NCBI GenBank assembly: GCA_965112735.1
Contig: OZ218950.1
Location: 2,914,001 to 2,978,000, forward strand
Origin: Phaeosaccion multiseriatum
Taxonomy: Eukaryota; Protista; Ochrophyta, other classes
Length of the DNA stretch: 64,000 nt
Direction: 5' to 3'
Shown here: in pieces, positions 23,701-35,168 of the stretch
How positions within the stretch are numbered: position 1 is the first letter of the stretch
Layout of the letters: each line of letters starts with the position of its first letter
Made by a program: the position numbers and the translations under genes
Notes under the pieces: generated by a model
The model's database searches: none
Told to the model about the DNA's origin: nothing
The model's input: the letters and a program-made list of their open reading frames with translations, nothing else

Positions 23701-26050
23701 GGAGTGTGTGGGTGCAGTATGATTAGGAACAACAAATTTCCGGCAAGAGGGAGAGAGCGAGACAGCGAGAGAGGAGAGAAAGAGAGAGCGGGAGACAAAA
23801 GAGCGCGAGAGAACAACGAGAGGTAAGGACGAGCGAGAGAGGCGAGGGAGAGAGACACGCGAGAAAACACATATACACAAACACACTCACGCACACACAC
23901 ACGCATGCACACATACATACACAAACACACTCACGCACACACACACGCATGCACACATACATACACAAACACACTCACGCACACACACACGCATGCACAC
24001 ATACATACACAAACACACTCACGCACACACACACGCATGCACACATACATACACAAACACACTCACGTACACACACACGCATGCACACACACATACACAC
24101 ACATGTATACACTTACCTTGAGCGCAAAGGTCCCTCCTCGAGTTCGAATGCGAGGCCGCTGCTGTGTAATGCCCAACACAGTCACGGCCACAAGCCCATG
24201 CACTGCCCCTAACTCCTCCTCCGTCGCTTCGCAAGGTGGTAATCCCAGCCGCCACCCCGGCCCAGCTTCCGCCCCTCCCGCCGTCGCTCCTCCTTCCTCG
24301 ACCCTCCTGCCCCTCCTGCCAGTGCTTCCCTGACCGACAAGCTCCACGCCAGCGATGATGGCGACGGGGTCCGGGTCTGTCGTCGTCGCGAGTTCGAGTC
24401 CTTCTCGGAGTCTCTCCATCACGTCCTTTGCTTCCTTGCACCCCCCGCTACCGCCGGTGAAGGGCGTGAAGCTGCATCGGCACGTGAGTGTCAACTGCTT
24501 TCGTTGTTGCGTGCCGTGTTCCTTTCTGGGGGACACTTCGGCTGGAGAAGCAACAGCAGGAGCAACGATGCCAATGTCGACTTCTTCCGTCCACCGTATG
24601 CTGCCATCCCCCTGCCCCTGCCCTCCTGCCGATTCGTCGAGCCCTTGCACCGTCCTCTCCCACAGGCCCCTCAGACTCGCCTCACTCCGACCGGGCAGTG
24701 CCGTTACAAGAAAGCTCAGCTCCTCGTGAGCCGCAATGCTCGCCGTGAGATGCAGTAGAGCAGAGCTTCGTTGCCGCCCCTCCCCTCCCTCCTTCTCTGA
24801 TACCCCATCTCGTTGGAGGCTGCTATCGCTGTCTCTGTTGTTGCTGCTGCCCATGTGGCTTTCGCCGCTGCTGCTCTTGCTGAGGTTGGAGAAGGTGCTG
24901 GCGCTGTTGCTCGGGGTGAGCAGCTCTAATGGAATGGAGAGCGCCCCATGCAGCATCGAGACGGGCAGTGTGGCAGAGGCCAGGCAGGTGGGACCACTCC
25001 TACTGCTGCTACTGCTGCTGCTACTGGTGGTGGTGGTGGTGGTGGTGGTGGTGGTGGTGGTGGTTTTCTCGGTGTAGACTCGGATGATCACTTCTTCAGT
25101 GCCTGAACGTAGGTAGCACGTGTAAGGAAAGAGCAGGAAGGGGTGTGAGGAGGGCGCTTTCGATGAGAAATGCGCTGTCCTATCTCCTCTGCTCAGTAGA
25201 GCTAGCAACGGAGGGGGGGGGGAGCTACACGGAAAGAGGGAAGGAGGGAGGGACTAACAGCAGTCCACAGCTCATTCAACCACCCCAACAACCCACCCAC
25301 CCACCAGCCCGAACCCACCCACCCACCCACTCCCTCCCTCACTCCCTCACCTGTCCTTGCTTCAATGACATGTGGCCCGTCCTCCGCCCCTCCCCAGCAA
25401 GGGTCCGCACAGGCGGGTACCCTTCCTGTCTCCCACAGGCGCTGTCCGTCCTCCATGGTCAGGGTGGCAAACACATCGGATTCGGAAGCCGCAGATTCGG
25501 AGGCCTCCACAGACATGGAGGCCTCCGCCTCTGATAGGCCCGTTGCCCCCCACACAGTGACAAACACCGCCGTAGTCGAGCTCTCGGTCGTCTCAGCAGC
25601 AGCAGCAGCAGTTGTGTATACAGCAGCAGCAGCAGTTGTGTATACAGCAGCAGCAGTTGTGTATACAGCAGCAGCAGCGTCCTCCCCCACGGCCGTACAA
25701 TTTGTTGAGTCCGAAAACTCATTCTGGCCCTCCTCCTCGGCCTCCTCTGCCTCCTCTTCCTGTTGCTCCTGCTTCTCCTGATCCTGCTCCTTGCCTGCTC
25801 CCTTGGTACGACTGCTACTGGCATCACTCAGGGATAGAGATATGGAAAGGCCTTCGCTGCTTCCCTCCTCCTGCTCCTCCTCCCCCTTGTTGCCGTTGCT
25901 GCTACTGCCCTCGCCACCGCTGCCCTCGCCAACGTACTGTCCTGAAGGGTAAGGGTATGGACTCTCATCGCCCCCTGGTCGAGGCATCTCCTGGGCAGGG
26001 AAGTCGAGCTCCAGCATGAGGCCCTCTCCCTCCTCCTCCTCCTCCTCCTC

Positions 26051-26096
<46 letters not shown>

Positions 26097-27614
26097 ATCA
26101 CCAACTGCTGCTGCTCCTGCTTCTCTATCACCAGCTGCTCTTCGTCCACGGCGTATACGAGTCTCTCCTTGAGCCTGACTTGCTCCTCCCCATCCCCCTC
26201 GAAGCGGACCGTCACCATCCCCTCCCGAGAGTGCACACCGAGCACTGTCGCCGCAGCGTAGTGCCCTTGCTCCTCGTGCTCATCCTCCTCATCATTCACG
26301 TCGTCCTTGTCGTCGCCAACCTTCGAGGCTCGACCCCCTCTCCTGAGCGCCTGCACTCTCTGCCCCACTATGAAAGGTGCATCCGAAGCGGTGCTCTCCG
26401 CATCATCATCATCACCATCACCATCATCATCATCATCATCATCATCGAATCCGCGGCCGTCACCCCGCCGCCGCAGCATTGGCCGGGGCTGTGCTTTAGC
26501 AGTTGGTGCTTCGCCACCTTCGTGGTCGTCGGAGAGCATTGGCACGCGCAGGGGTGCGTGTGCATGTCTTGCTCCTCCCTCCCCCTCCTCCTCCTCCTCC
26601 TCCTCCTTCTCCTCCTCCTCCCCCTCCTCCTCCTCCTCCTCCTCCTCCTCCTCTCCAGGGGCTCCGAGGGGCAACGAGGCGAGCAACTCTAGGGTGCCTG
26701 TCCTCTTCCTGCCCTTCCTGTCCCACAGAACGAGGTGCTCCTCCTCCTCCCTTCCCCCCCTCCTCTGTCTTCCCGGTCGCCGGACGCTTAAATCACAGTT
26801 GGCTAACCAGCCCAAGTCTACAACGGCTCTACCAACAAAGAACTCCTTATCGACTTCCTTCGCCGCAGGCTCTCGATTCTCCGTCAGCATCACCTCCCCC
26901 TCCTCTTCCTTACCCCCCTCCTCCTGCTGGTGCTGCTCTTCGCCGCCAGAATCTGTCCCACTCTTCGTTCTGCAACAACCCCACACCTCCACCATCACTT
27001 TACTGCTGCCGTCCATCATGACTGGAACTGACAACTCGTCCTGCCACTCCGCAGACAGCCTTCGCCTTCGCCGAGACTGAGACGGAGAGGGAGAGGGAGA
27101 GGGAGCGACTGCTACTTCTCGGCTCGATCCCACCCTCCTCCCATCTATCGAGACCTTCACGTGGAAGCACGTGGAGGAGGCCATAGAGGGCGTTTGCCCA
27201 TCACAAGACGACAGTTGCTGCTGCTGCTGCTGCTGCTGTATCACCAGCTGCTGCTGCGACTGCAGACGCAGTCCGTGTGCTGCCAAAAAGGTGAGATTGA
27301 TATCGACAGGCCCTGCAGCACTGCTCTCGGCATCCGAGTCATCGCCCTCCCGGCCACTGGCAGCTGTACGGTCGTCGTCATCTGCATCTTGGGGGTGGGG
27401 CAGCAGACTTCGGACCACTCGGAGTACCGCCCCTTCGATTTGCGTCTTTCCCCGGGGGTCCCACAGCCGCAGCTCCTGCACGCCCTCCTGTCGCTCCGCC
27501 GCCCCTGCAGCCGCCGCCGCTGCTGCTGCCGTATCACCAACTGCTGCTGCTGCTGCTACTGCTACCGGCTGCTCGAGACGGCTCGTCTGGACATAAGCTC
27601 GGGCTATCAATGTC

Positions 27615-27648
<34 letters not shown>

Positions 27649-30600
27649 GGTCAGTACTGCTACTGCGACTGCTACTGCCGCCCGAGGGGGTGCCCTGCTT
27701 CCTGTCCTTCTCTCCTCTGCGGCGGCCATCGCCTCCTTCTCTTGCCGCCCCAACACCAAACAGGGCTGTGCCCCCCCCCCCTCTCGTCTCCCACACTTCC
27801 AAGACCAGCGTACTGCTTCCGTCTTGCCGGACGGGCACCGACACTGCCTCCCACCACTGGGGGCTGACGCTGCTGCCGTTGTTGCTGCTGTTGTTGATGT
27901 TGTTGTTGGTCTTGACGGCCTGCGTCCTTCGCACCTCTTGCTCATCCACGAGAATCCTGACAAAGGTTCTCACCTCCACTGATTCGAGGATAGCATGCTG
28001 ATGCTGCCCACGACCCCTCCGCAACAAGCCCCCGCCCCCTCCTCGTCCTCCATTTCCTCCACCAACACTTGTATCGGCCATGGGAATTCCCTTTGCTTCG
28101 AGGAGCATGAGCTTCAGGTCCATTAGCCCTGCAGCGGTGCTGATACTGCTGCTGCTTCTACTCCCGATATCCTCCCCCTTCTTCTTCTGCTGCTGCTGCT
28201 GCTGCTGCTCCTCCTCCTGCGCTCTTCTCTTCTCCTCTACCTCGGCTTGAAGGCGCGGCAAAGAGCAGACGAGCCTCAAAATGCCCAGTGAAGACTCACC
28301 ATCATTCTCGTCGCTCTCGCCGTTGCCAGCGGTGAGACGCATGTCGTGGGTGCGCGTATAGGGAGCATCTTGCAAGCTCTTCGTACCGTTGGTGGTCGAC
28401 CTCACACTCTCGCGTGCTGCCTCTACCCGATCGTCTCGTTGCCCGTCCTGTCCTTCCCCTGTGTCATTGGCCTCGTTGACCGGTCTTTGTTGGTGGTGTG
28501 AATGTGCGCTGCTCTTGCTACTATTAGCAGTATGTATGCTGCTCTGGATGCTACTATTGCTGCTGATACTACCGCCATTCACCTTCTCTGCTGTGCTTGC
28601 TTCTTTTCGGCCCCGTGACCCTCCATTGTGCCCATGAGCCGCCTCCAGTTGGTCCTCCAGTTGGTCTTCAAAGTCATCTTCATCATAGGAAGCCTGGCCT
28701 TGACTCGCTGCCTCCCCTCCTCGCTGCCCTTGCTCTTGCTCGCCCTCCTCGTGCCGAACCAGGGCAGCCTCAACCCACTCCAGCGGAGGCCGAGCCCTGC
28801 CAATGCATCCGTCGCTGCCCGGCCCTGCGTCTCCCACCTCCCACACCTCAACCACCACCTCAACAGGATGGCGACTCAAGTGGCAAGAACTGCCACTACC
28901 ACGGCTGCTCCTGGTCCTCATACTCTCCTTGTTGTTGGTCTCCTTTCTCTTTCCTTCCTCTCTCGGCAAAGACACTGTCGCCGCCTCGCCCCACTCTACT
29001 TCGAGGGTGTTGGCGAGCGGCCTCGTGCGCTTAACTTCCACCCCGTCCACGACCACCTTGGCATACACATCTCCCTTCGCTGCTCTGGGCAGATCACGTG
29101 CCCCCATCACGGCCACCCGCACCTCCACTTCCTCTGTTGGCTCTTCTATGTCTGCCTCCTCCACCTCTTGCTCATCATCAGTGTAGCCTCCAGTGGACTG
29201 CCGTCTCACCAACTGTCGCTGCCGCTGCTGCTGCTGGTCCAGGCGGTCTTCGGTGTTGACCGAGTCTTCCATTTGCGCCGCTCTCTGCAGAGCGAGCTCC
29301 ATCTCCCTCTTCAGGCGGCTTCTCTTGGCCTGATTCTCTCTCACGAGGAGAGCCTCCAACTCATCAATCCTCTTCTGCCTACAGAACGCTATGCGGGCTC
29401 GGTCTGCTCGAATCTGCCTCTGTCGTTTGACCTCTCTCCGGTCCAGCGCGGAAACCTCCTGCCGCAAGTCTCTCGCCAGTTGCTCCTCGTCTCTGTGCTT
29501 ACAGATTAGGCGACGATGTCTGGACTGCAGAGCGAGGCGCTCCGTATAACCCTTGGAGACTCCTCCTCCTCCTCCTCCTCCTCCTCCTCCTCCTCCTCCT
29601 CCTCCTCCTCCTCCTCCTCCTCTGAGGTCTCTTCTCCTGCGCCCCCCAGCCCGCCCTGCGAGGATCAGCTTTGTGCCTCTCTTGGCGCCTCTTCCTCCCG
29701 GAGCACGTGCCTGGGGAGCGCTCGAAGGCCGCTGGAACAACGCCGTACTTCCCTGCCGGTGGTGCTGCTGCCTGTACTGCTGCCTGTGCTGCTGCCTTTG
29801 CTGCTGCTGCTGCTCGTACACGACCGATGCAGGTCCTCCTCGCAGCGTGGTCGGTCGCCCTGCTACTACAGGCCCCGCGAGCTCCTGCTGCTGCCGTCGA
29901 TGCCCGCTGCTTGGATAGGGCAAGGAGGAGGACGCCCCCCCCTCAGATGCTTTAGGAGGCCTCTGATGCTGGGGAAGTGGGGAGGAGGTGGCCAGGCCGA
30001 CGCCACCACCTGCTTCTTCTTCTTTTTCGTCGTCACCTTCATCTCGGTCGCTCCACCTCGGAACGTTTGGTGTCTCCGCTTCGCTTCCCGGGTGTGTTGC
30101 TCGATCACCACCCCCACTGCCCTTTCTCAGCATGAAGGCAGGAGAAAAGCCACTGGGACAAGCAGGCAGTGCAGCCCTCCCCTCCTCCTCCTCCTCCTCC
30201 TCCTCCTCCTCCTCCTCCTCCTCCTCCTCCTCCTCCTCCTCCTCTTCCTCCTCCTCCTCCTCCTCCTCCTCGGCCTCTTCTTCCTGCTCCGGCTGCTCCA
30301 TTGGTTGCTGCTGCTGCTGCTGCTGTTGCTGCTGCTGCGCCTTCAGCATGCCTTCCGCCAGGTCCATCCACATTACCTCCTGTCGTTGACCCTGCTCCTG
30401 CTGCTGCAGCTTGTGGCCCCTCTTCTGGCGCTGGGTATGAGAGAGCGCTGAGTGAGGACGGCGTTGTTCGCCATTGCCGGGTTCCACAGCTTGAAGAGTG
30501 ACGACCTTACGAAGGCGGAGGACCTCTCTGCGAAAATGCACGACAAGAGCAGAGAAACAGTAAGAACACGGCGGTATCAATGTCTGAAGGCTGGCCTCTG

Positions 30601-31089
30601 ACCTGTAGTATTCTTCGGCTTGGGCGTGAGCGTCTTCCAAGTGCGTGAGCTTTGCGCAGCGGTTCATCCTGTCTATTTCATCTTGGCGATGGACGAGGGT
30701 CCTTTTGAGCTGCTGCACAGTCCGCTTGAGCTCAGCATTGCTCGTCTTCGCTACCATCCACTGCATGTGCTGTAGAAACGCGGGCAGGGATGGAGATGGA
30801 GGTTAGCATCGACGACTGGGGAGGAGCGAAACGCACAAGCAAGGCCTCTCACCTGTGGGAGACTCTTTTGCTGGCCCTTGAGGTAAGCCATGCTGGCATC
30901 CAGCTCTTTCTCTCGGTGACGCAGGCTGTGCTCCAGTTGAGCCACCGCCGCCTTCTGAAGTCGTAGCTGGTCATCTTTGGCCGACAGCTCTTCCTTCACC
31001 TGAAGCAATTGCTGGGCGAGCGTCTCCCTGTCGAGCGTCTGCCCCCCTCGCACAGGCATTTGGTGTCCGTTGTCACGTATACGCATCAT
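20774..31089 (-). CDS. Giant low-complexity protein: IQCE-like N-terminal coiled coil, at least 4 C2-like domains and a Tudor-like module
   Basis: C2-like strands VRVAVMGARDLP..DVYAKVVVDG..KRTR..EW.E..VEVWE..CIGRA, repeated as LMLLEAKGIP, LTFLAAHGL and VTVWGATGL. Tudor-like FIVGQRVQA...YAAATVLGV...VTVRFEGD. Phase-consistent GT-AG introns; 3' exons approximate. Confidence 0.75.
23875..24105. repeat. Intronic 44-bp higher-order (CA-derived) minisatellite, about 5 copies
   Basis: Unit acacactcacgcacacacacacgcatgcacacatacatacacaa starts at 23881, 23925 and onward. Confidence 0.9.
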
Positions 31090-31426
31090 AGGCTGCAAAA
31101 TTAAGTGGGCAACCTCTTCTCATGGCCAAGAGGCATGACTCCAGAGCATAATGTGCTTGAAGGACGTGTTTGGTATTTTTCTCGCGCTGCTTCTAATGTA
31201 TCGGGCTGGATTGGGAATCTGATTCTGCCGTTTCGTTTTTTGTTGCCTTTTCCAACCCCCGTCGAGCTGCAACTTAAGAAGGGAGTGTAAACTTGCGATT
31301 TGCCTCGCGTGGCATGAGGAGTTCGGTTTGCTGATGTCTAGACCCAGGTGAAGGACGAGGTAGGCAAATAAGGTGGAAACGCAGCGTACTGGCCTTCGGG
31401 GGCAGCCACTTTGCGCTACGCTGGCC

Positions 31427-34400
31427 ATGAAAGTCAGCCCCTTGTTGATGAGTACGTATACCAGTAAGAAGCGCGTTGCAGGAGGCCGCAGGAGTTCCGG
31501 ATATGGCCGGGAGCCGATCTCAAGGCAGCAGCTGCAGCAGCAAAGGGCCTACACCTGCAGTAGCGCCGGCGGGAGAGGTGTGCGTGAGCAACCAATCCTG
31601 GCGCACCAGTACCAGCCTGTGCCTGGATCGATGGAAGAGAGGCTGCGAGACACCACGGCGGTCCTCAAAAGAACAAAGAAGGAGATGCAGTTGAAGAGTT
31701 CTGCCTGTTCTCGGCTGGAGAACCAGTTAGAAAAGGCAGAGAGGGCTGTTGCCGCCTTGTTGGCGGGCGGCGACGCTGGGGCAGGGCTTGGTCCTCTCTC
31801 CTCTTCCCTCTCCCCTCAGAGGCTCGCTGCGATACGAAGGGAGCTGGAGAAGGGCCAGCTAGTGCGCAAGCTCCGAGAACACGCGGCGGCTCTGCAGGAA
31901 GATCTGCGGCGGAGGGAAAAGGAGCTGCATCAGCTGAAGCAATCGCAGAGGGTTTCACAACTGACGGAGCTGGCCCTATCGAAGGAGGAGTATTACCGAG
32001 AGGTATTGCGCCTTCGAGCGCTACTGGCCGACTGTCGATGCCCGCACACGGCACTCGAACAGCAGCGCAACACGCAGTCTGGCCTCTCTTCGGCGATGTC
32101 TCCAACCTCAGCGTCCAGAGCGGCAGGCAAAGGTGTGCGAGTGTCGTTTAAGGAGGAGGGGTGGGCAGCTTCCTTGCGGAAGGACAGCGATACCGACCGG
32201 AGAATCAGTGCTGCGCCACGCCGGTCATATCAGCAACAGCGGAGAAGGGCAAAGAGGCCACATGTGATTACGAGGGTGTCCCGCAGACCGCAATCGGCCC
32301 GTCCGTACGACGCCCGAGTGGACCAATGCGACTATGTCGACTCTGTTTTCGACGATGACGATGATGATATTGATGTTGATGAGGACGTCCTCTACAGGGC
32401 AGACTTCGGGGAGGAGGAGGGGATGGGGGATGAGGAGGAAGAGAGGGAAGAGGAGGACGGCATCCATCGGCGGGAAGGCCAAGCGAAGAGGGCGAAGGAC
32501 GACGACGACGACGACGACGAGGAGAGTAGTTTGGAAGGGGAGCGGTTCGCCGAAGGGTCCCTGAGAAGACCGTCTCAGCAGCGCTCAGCACAAAACACAA
32601 TTGAAGAAGACTACGAGGGCGAGAGCTTTGAGAATGACAGTGACGGCAAGAGCGACGCGAGCATAGCACTCTATACAGTGGAAGACAGAGAAGCAGCGGA
32701 AGAAGGAGAGGAGCCCTCAAAATGCGGACAACAGCGAGAGAAGAAGAAGAAGAAGAAGCAGCAGCAGCAGCAGCAGCAGCAGCAGAGCCCTTCGCGAAAG
32801 ACCTCAGCTCGACGAGATAATAGTACAGAAAGAGGAGGAAAGGGACAGCAGGTCGAGGTGCTGGAGCACGAGGACGACGAGGAGGAGGTCGAGGAGGTGC
32901 AGAGCTCGCCTCTCGACGCTCGCGTCCACACTATTCTGTACTCCTCCACGGAGGAAGGGGGACTGGAGAGGGCTGCCGTGTGCACCCCTCCCTCGCGCCG
33001 GGGAAAGAGAAGGTCATTGCCAGGTGCTGTGGAGGAGGAGGAGGAGGAGGAGGAGGAAGAGGGGGAGGAGAATGGACCAGAACCTGGAGGACGAGGAGGA
33101 GGACGAGGAGGAGGAGCAGAGCGCTGCTGCCAAGGGAGCCATGGGCAGCTCCCGTCTTCGTCCCGTGGCAACAGCAACACCACCAGCAGCAGCAGCAGGC
33201 CCTTGCGACAACCCCTCTCCATGCCGCACTCTGACCACTGCCACCACTGCGGTGGTCTCAGCCTGTACGACCAAGAGGAAGAGGAGGAGTACCCTCACTT
33301 GCAGCTCCATCATCATCAGCCGCAGCGGCGCCGACCTCGGCCCCCCAGCGCTAGTGCGGGCCGCGGCGGCAGGCGGCACGATAGCGGGCCGTGGGTGGCC
33401 ATCAACAGCAAAGGAGGAGGACCAGCAGGACCAGCCGGAGCAGCCAGAGGAGGTCCCTCTTCGGTCTCTCCGCCCTCATCGCGACGGGTGTACTCCCCAG
33501 GAAGGGGCTCGGGGAGGCGTGCAGTGAAGCGGAGGAGACCCATGTCGGCAGGTGCGGCATTGGTCAAGGCAAGGAGAGGACGGAAGAATGGCGGTGGGCA
33601 GCAGCAGCAACAACAACAACCACAGTGGCAGCAACCGTGGCAGAGGCAGAGGCAGAGGCAGCAGTGGCAGAGGCAGGACGAGGAATGGGGGGCCGCCGGA
33701 ATGGAGCACGGAAGGGCAGCACCACCAGAGGGTTCAAGTTCGAGTTTCGCTTTCTTCGACGACGGAGACGAAGCGGCGAGAGGAGGAGGAGGGAGGTGGA
33801 GGTCGGTGACAAGTACCCACGGGAACAACCGTAGCAGTAGCAGCAGCCATCACCACCACCACTACCACCACCCACATGAACGACAAGGGGGCTTTGATGA
33901 GGATGGAGACGTCTCCCCGCGGGTTGTGGCAGCGCGAGCGAAGAGGCCGCAACGCCCTGCCAGTGCTAGCGTTCGAAGAGGCCCATTCGGGGCTGCTGCG
34001 GCTCATGCCTCTCAGCGCGTCGTGTACAGCCGCAGTAGGAGGACAGGATCAGGTGCAAGGCCTCGTCAAGGGGGGCGTAAGCTGCTACGGCTGCAAGAAG
34101 GAGAGGAGGAGGGGGAGGAGGAGGAGGAGGAGGAGGAGGAGGAGGAGGAGGACGGGGAGGAGGATGATGACGAGGGGGAGGAAGTTGGGGAGGGGAGGGG
34201 GTCCTTCGCGTATCGGGGGCGAAGCAGGGGCTGCGCGTCATCGCCCGTCATTCGTTGCCTCTCCCACCAGCATCAGCACCAGCACCAGCAGCACCGCTGC
34301 CATCAGCGAGAGGAGGCGGGGGAGGAGGGCCGCGACACTGACGGGATGCTGCAAGTGCAAGACATGTATGAGGCTGCCAAGGGACAAGCCATGCGCAACA

Positions 34401-34444
34401 TTCGCCACAGCTGCGCGGCCAACACAAGGGAAGACATGATCTGA
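31427..34444 (+). CDS. IQCE-like coiled-coil protein with a long disordered tail (apparently single exon)
   Basis: About 1005-aa ORF from the first ATG. The coiled coil ends RVSQLTELALSKEEYYREVLRLRALL. Several RPxSA motifs lie in the tail. Confidence 0.75.
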   Translation: MKVSPLLMSTYTSKKRVAGGRRSSGYGREPISRQQLQQQRAYTCSSAGGRGVREQPILAHQYQPVPGSMEERLRDTTAVLKRTKKEMQLKSSACSRLENQLEKAERAVAALLAGGDAGAGLGPLSSSLSPQRLAAIRRELEKGQLVRKLREHAAALQEDLRRREKELHQLKQSQRVSQLTELALSKEEYYREVLRLRALLADCRCPHTALEQQRNTQSGLSSAMSPTSASRAAGKGVRVSFKEEGWAASLRKDSDTDRRISAAPRRSYQQQRRRAKRPHVITRVSRRPQSARPYDARVDQCDYVDSVFDDDDDDIDVDEDVLYRADFGEEEGMGDEEEEREEEDGIHRREGQAKRAKDDDDDDDEESSLEGERFAEGSLRRPSQQRSAQNTIEEDYEGESFENDSDGKSDASIALYTVEDREAAEEGEEPSKCGQQREKKKKKKQQQQQQQQQSPSRKTSARRDNSTERGGKGQQVEVLEHEDDEEEVEEVQSSPLDARVHTILYSSTEEGGLERAAVCTPPSRRGKRRSLPGAVEEEEEEEEEEGEENGPEPGGRGGGRGGGAERCCQGSHGQLPSSSRGNSNTTSSSSRPLRQPLSMPHSDHCHHCGGLSLYDQEEEEEYPHLQLHHHQPQRRRPRPPSASAGRGGRRHDSGPWVAINSKGGGPAGPAGAARGGPSSVSPPSSRRVYSPGRGSGRRAVKRRRPMSAGAALVKARRGRKNGGGQQQQQQQPQWQQPWQRQRQRQQWQRQDEEWGAAGMEHGRAAPPEGSSSSFAFFDDGDEAARGGGGRWRSVTSTHGNNRSSSSSHHHHHYHHPHERQGGFDEDGDVSPRVVAARAKRPQRPASASVRRGPFGAAAAHASQRVVYSRSRRTGSGARPRQGGRKLLRLQEGEEEGEEEEEEEEEEEEDGEEDDDEGEEVGEGRGSFAYRGRSRGCASSPVIRCLSHQHQHQHQQHRCHQREEAGEEGRDTDGMLQVQDMYEAAKGQAMRNIRHSCAANTREDMI

Positions 34445-35022
34445 GGCTTGCTTTGCGCTTTTCGTTTCGCTTTCCGTTTCTGGGCCTGCCTCTGCTTCTG
34501 CTTCCTCTTCTTGCCCCCCCCCCCCAAATCCCCACCCCTTCCCTTGAGACCTCTCTGCCCCTCTTCCTCGTGCGTGTCGTGGGGTAAGAGGAGTAGGAGA
34601 GAGGTGTTGGGAGGGAGAGAGGTTCCTGGTGAAGTGAAGAGCTCTCCTCCATCTTTGCTGGGCGAACCCCCACGACGTCATGAAGAGAAGGGCTGCTTGA
34701 ATATCCAATTCCAATAACCGTCCCTCTCAGGGGTTGTTCCTATTCACTTTACTTCTACAAATAATCGGCGACTACGACACATGCCATGCCCAAGGCCTAT
34801 TTGATCAAAGTCGAGGATGGAAGGAAGCAAGCAAAGGGTTCGACAGAGCAACCCAAGCGCCTCCGAAAGCGCTCTCCGACGACAATGGCTGGCCAAGGGT
34901 ACCGTACCAACACCTGCCGCACGCCTAAGGGGGGGCACCGCTCTCTCGGGAGCAGAAGCGGTAGCTGCAAGCTACCACAGCTGCAAGGTACCACTACCCT
35001 CACGACGACAAGGGCTCTCCCT

Positions 35023-35078
<56 letters not shown>

Positions 35079-35168
35079 CCCCTCTCTCTGATCTGTGCTG
35101 TGCTGGGCTCCCCTGCTATTGCTGCGATGGGGGCGGTGAAAGCACAGATCCCGGCCCGGGCCTTGAAA

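Noticed and set aside
25202-30766. The 1854-aa ORF as a complete single-exon gene
   Set aside because: It reads through a 75-nt intron and past a donor at about 25351. Upstream and downstream exons splice in phase.
34786-35091. ORF starting MPKAYLIK, resembling a SNAG motif
   Set aside because: It is short, has no zinc fingers, runs into (CT)n and lies between two convergent 3' ends, so it is likely chance.
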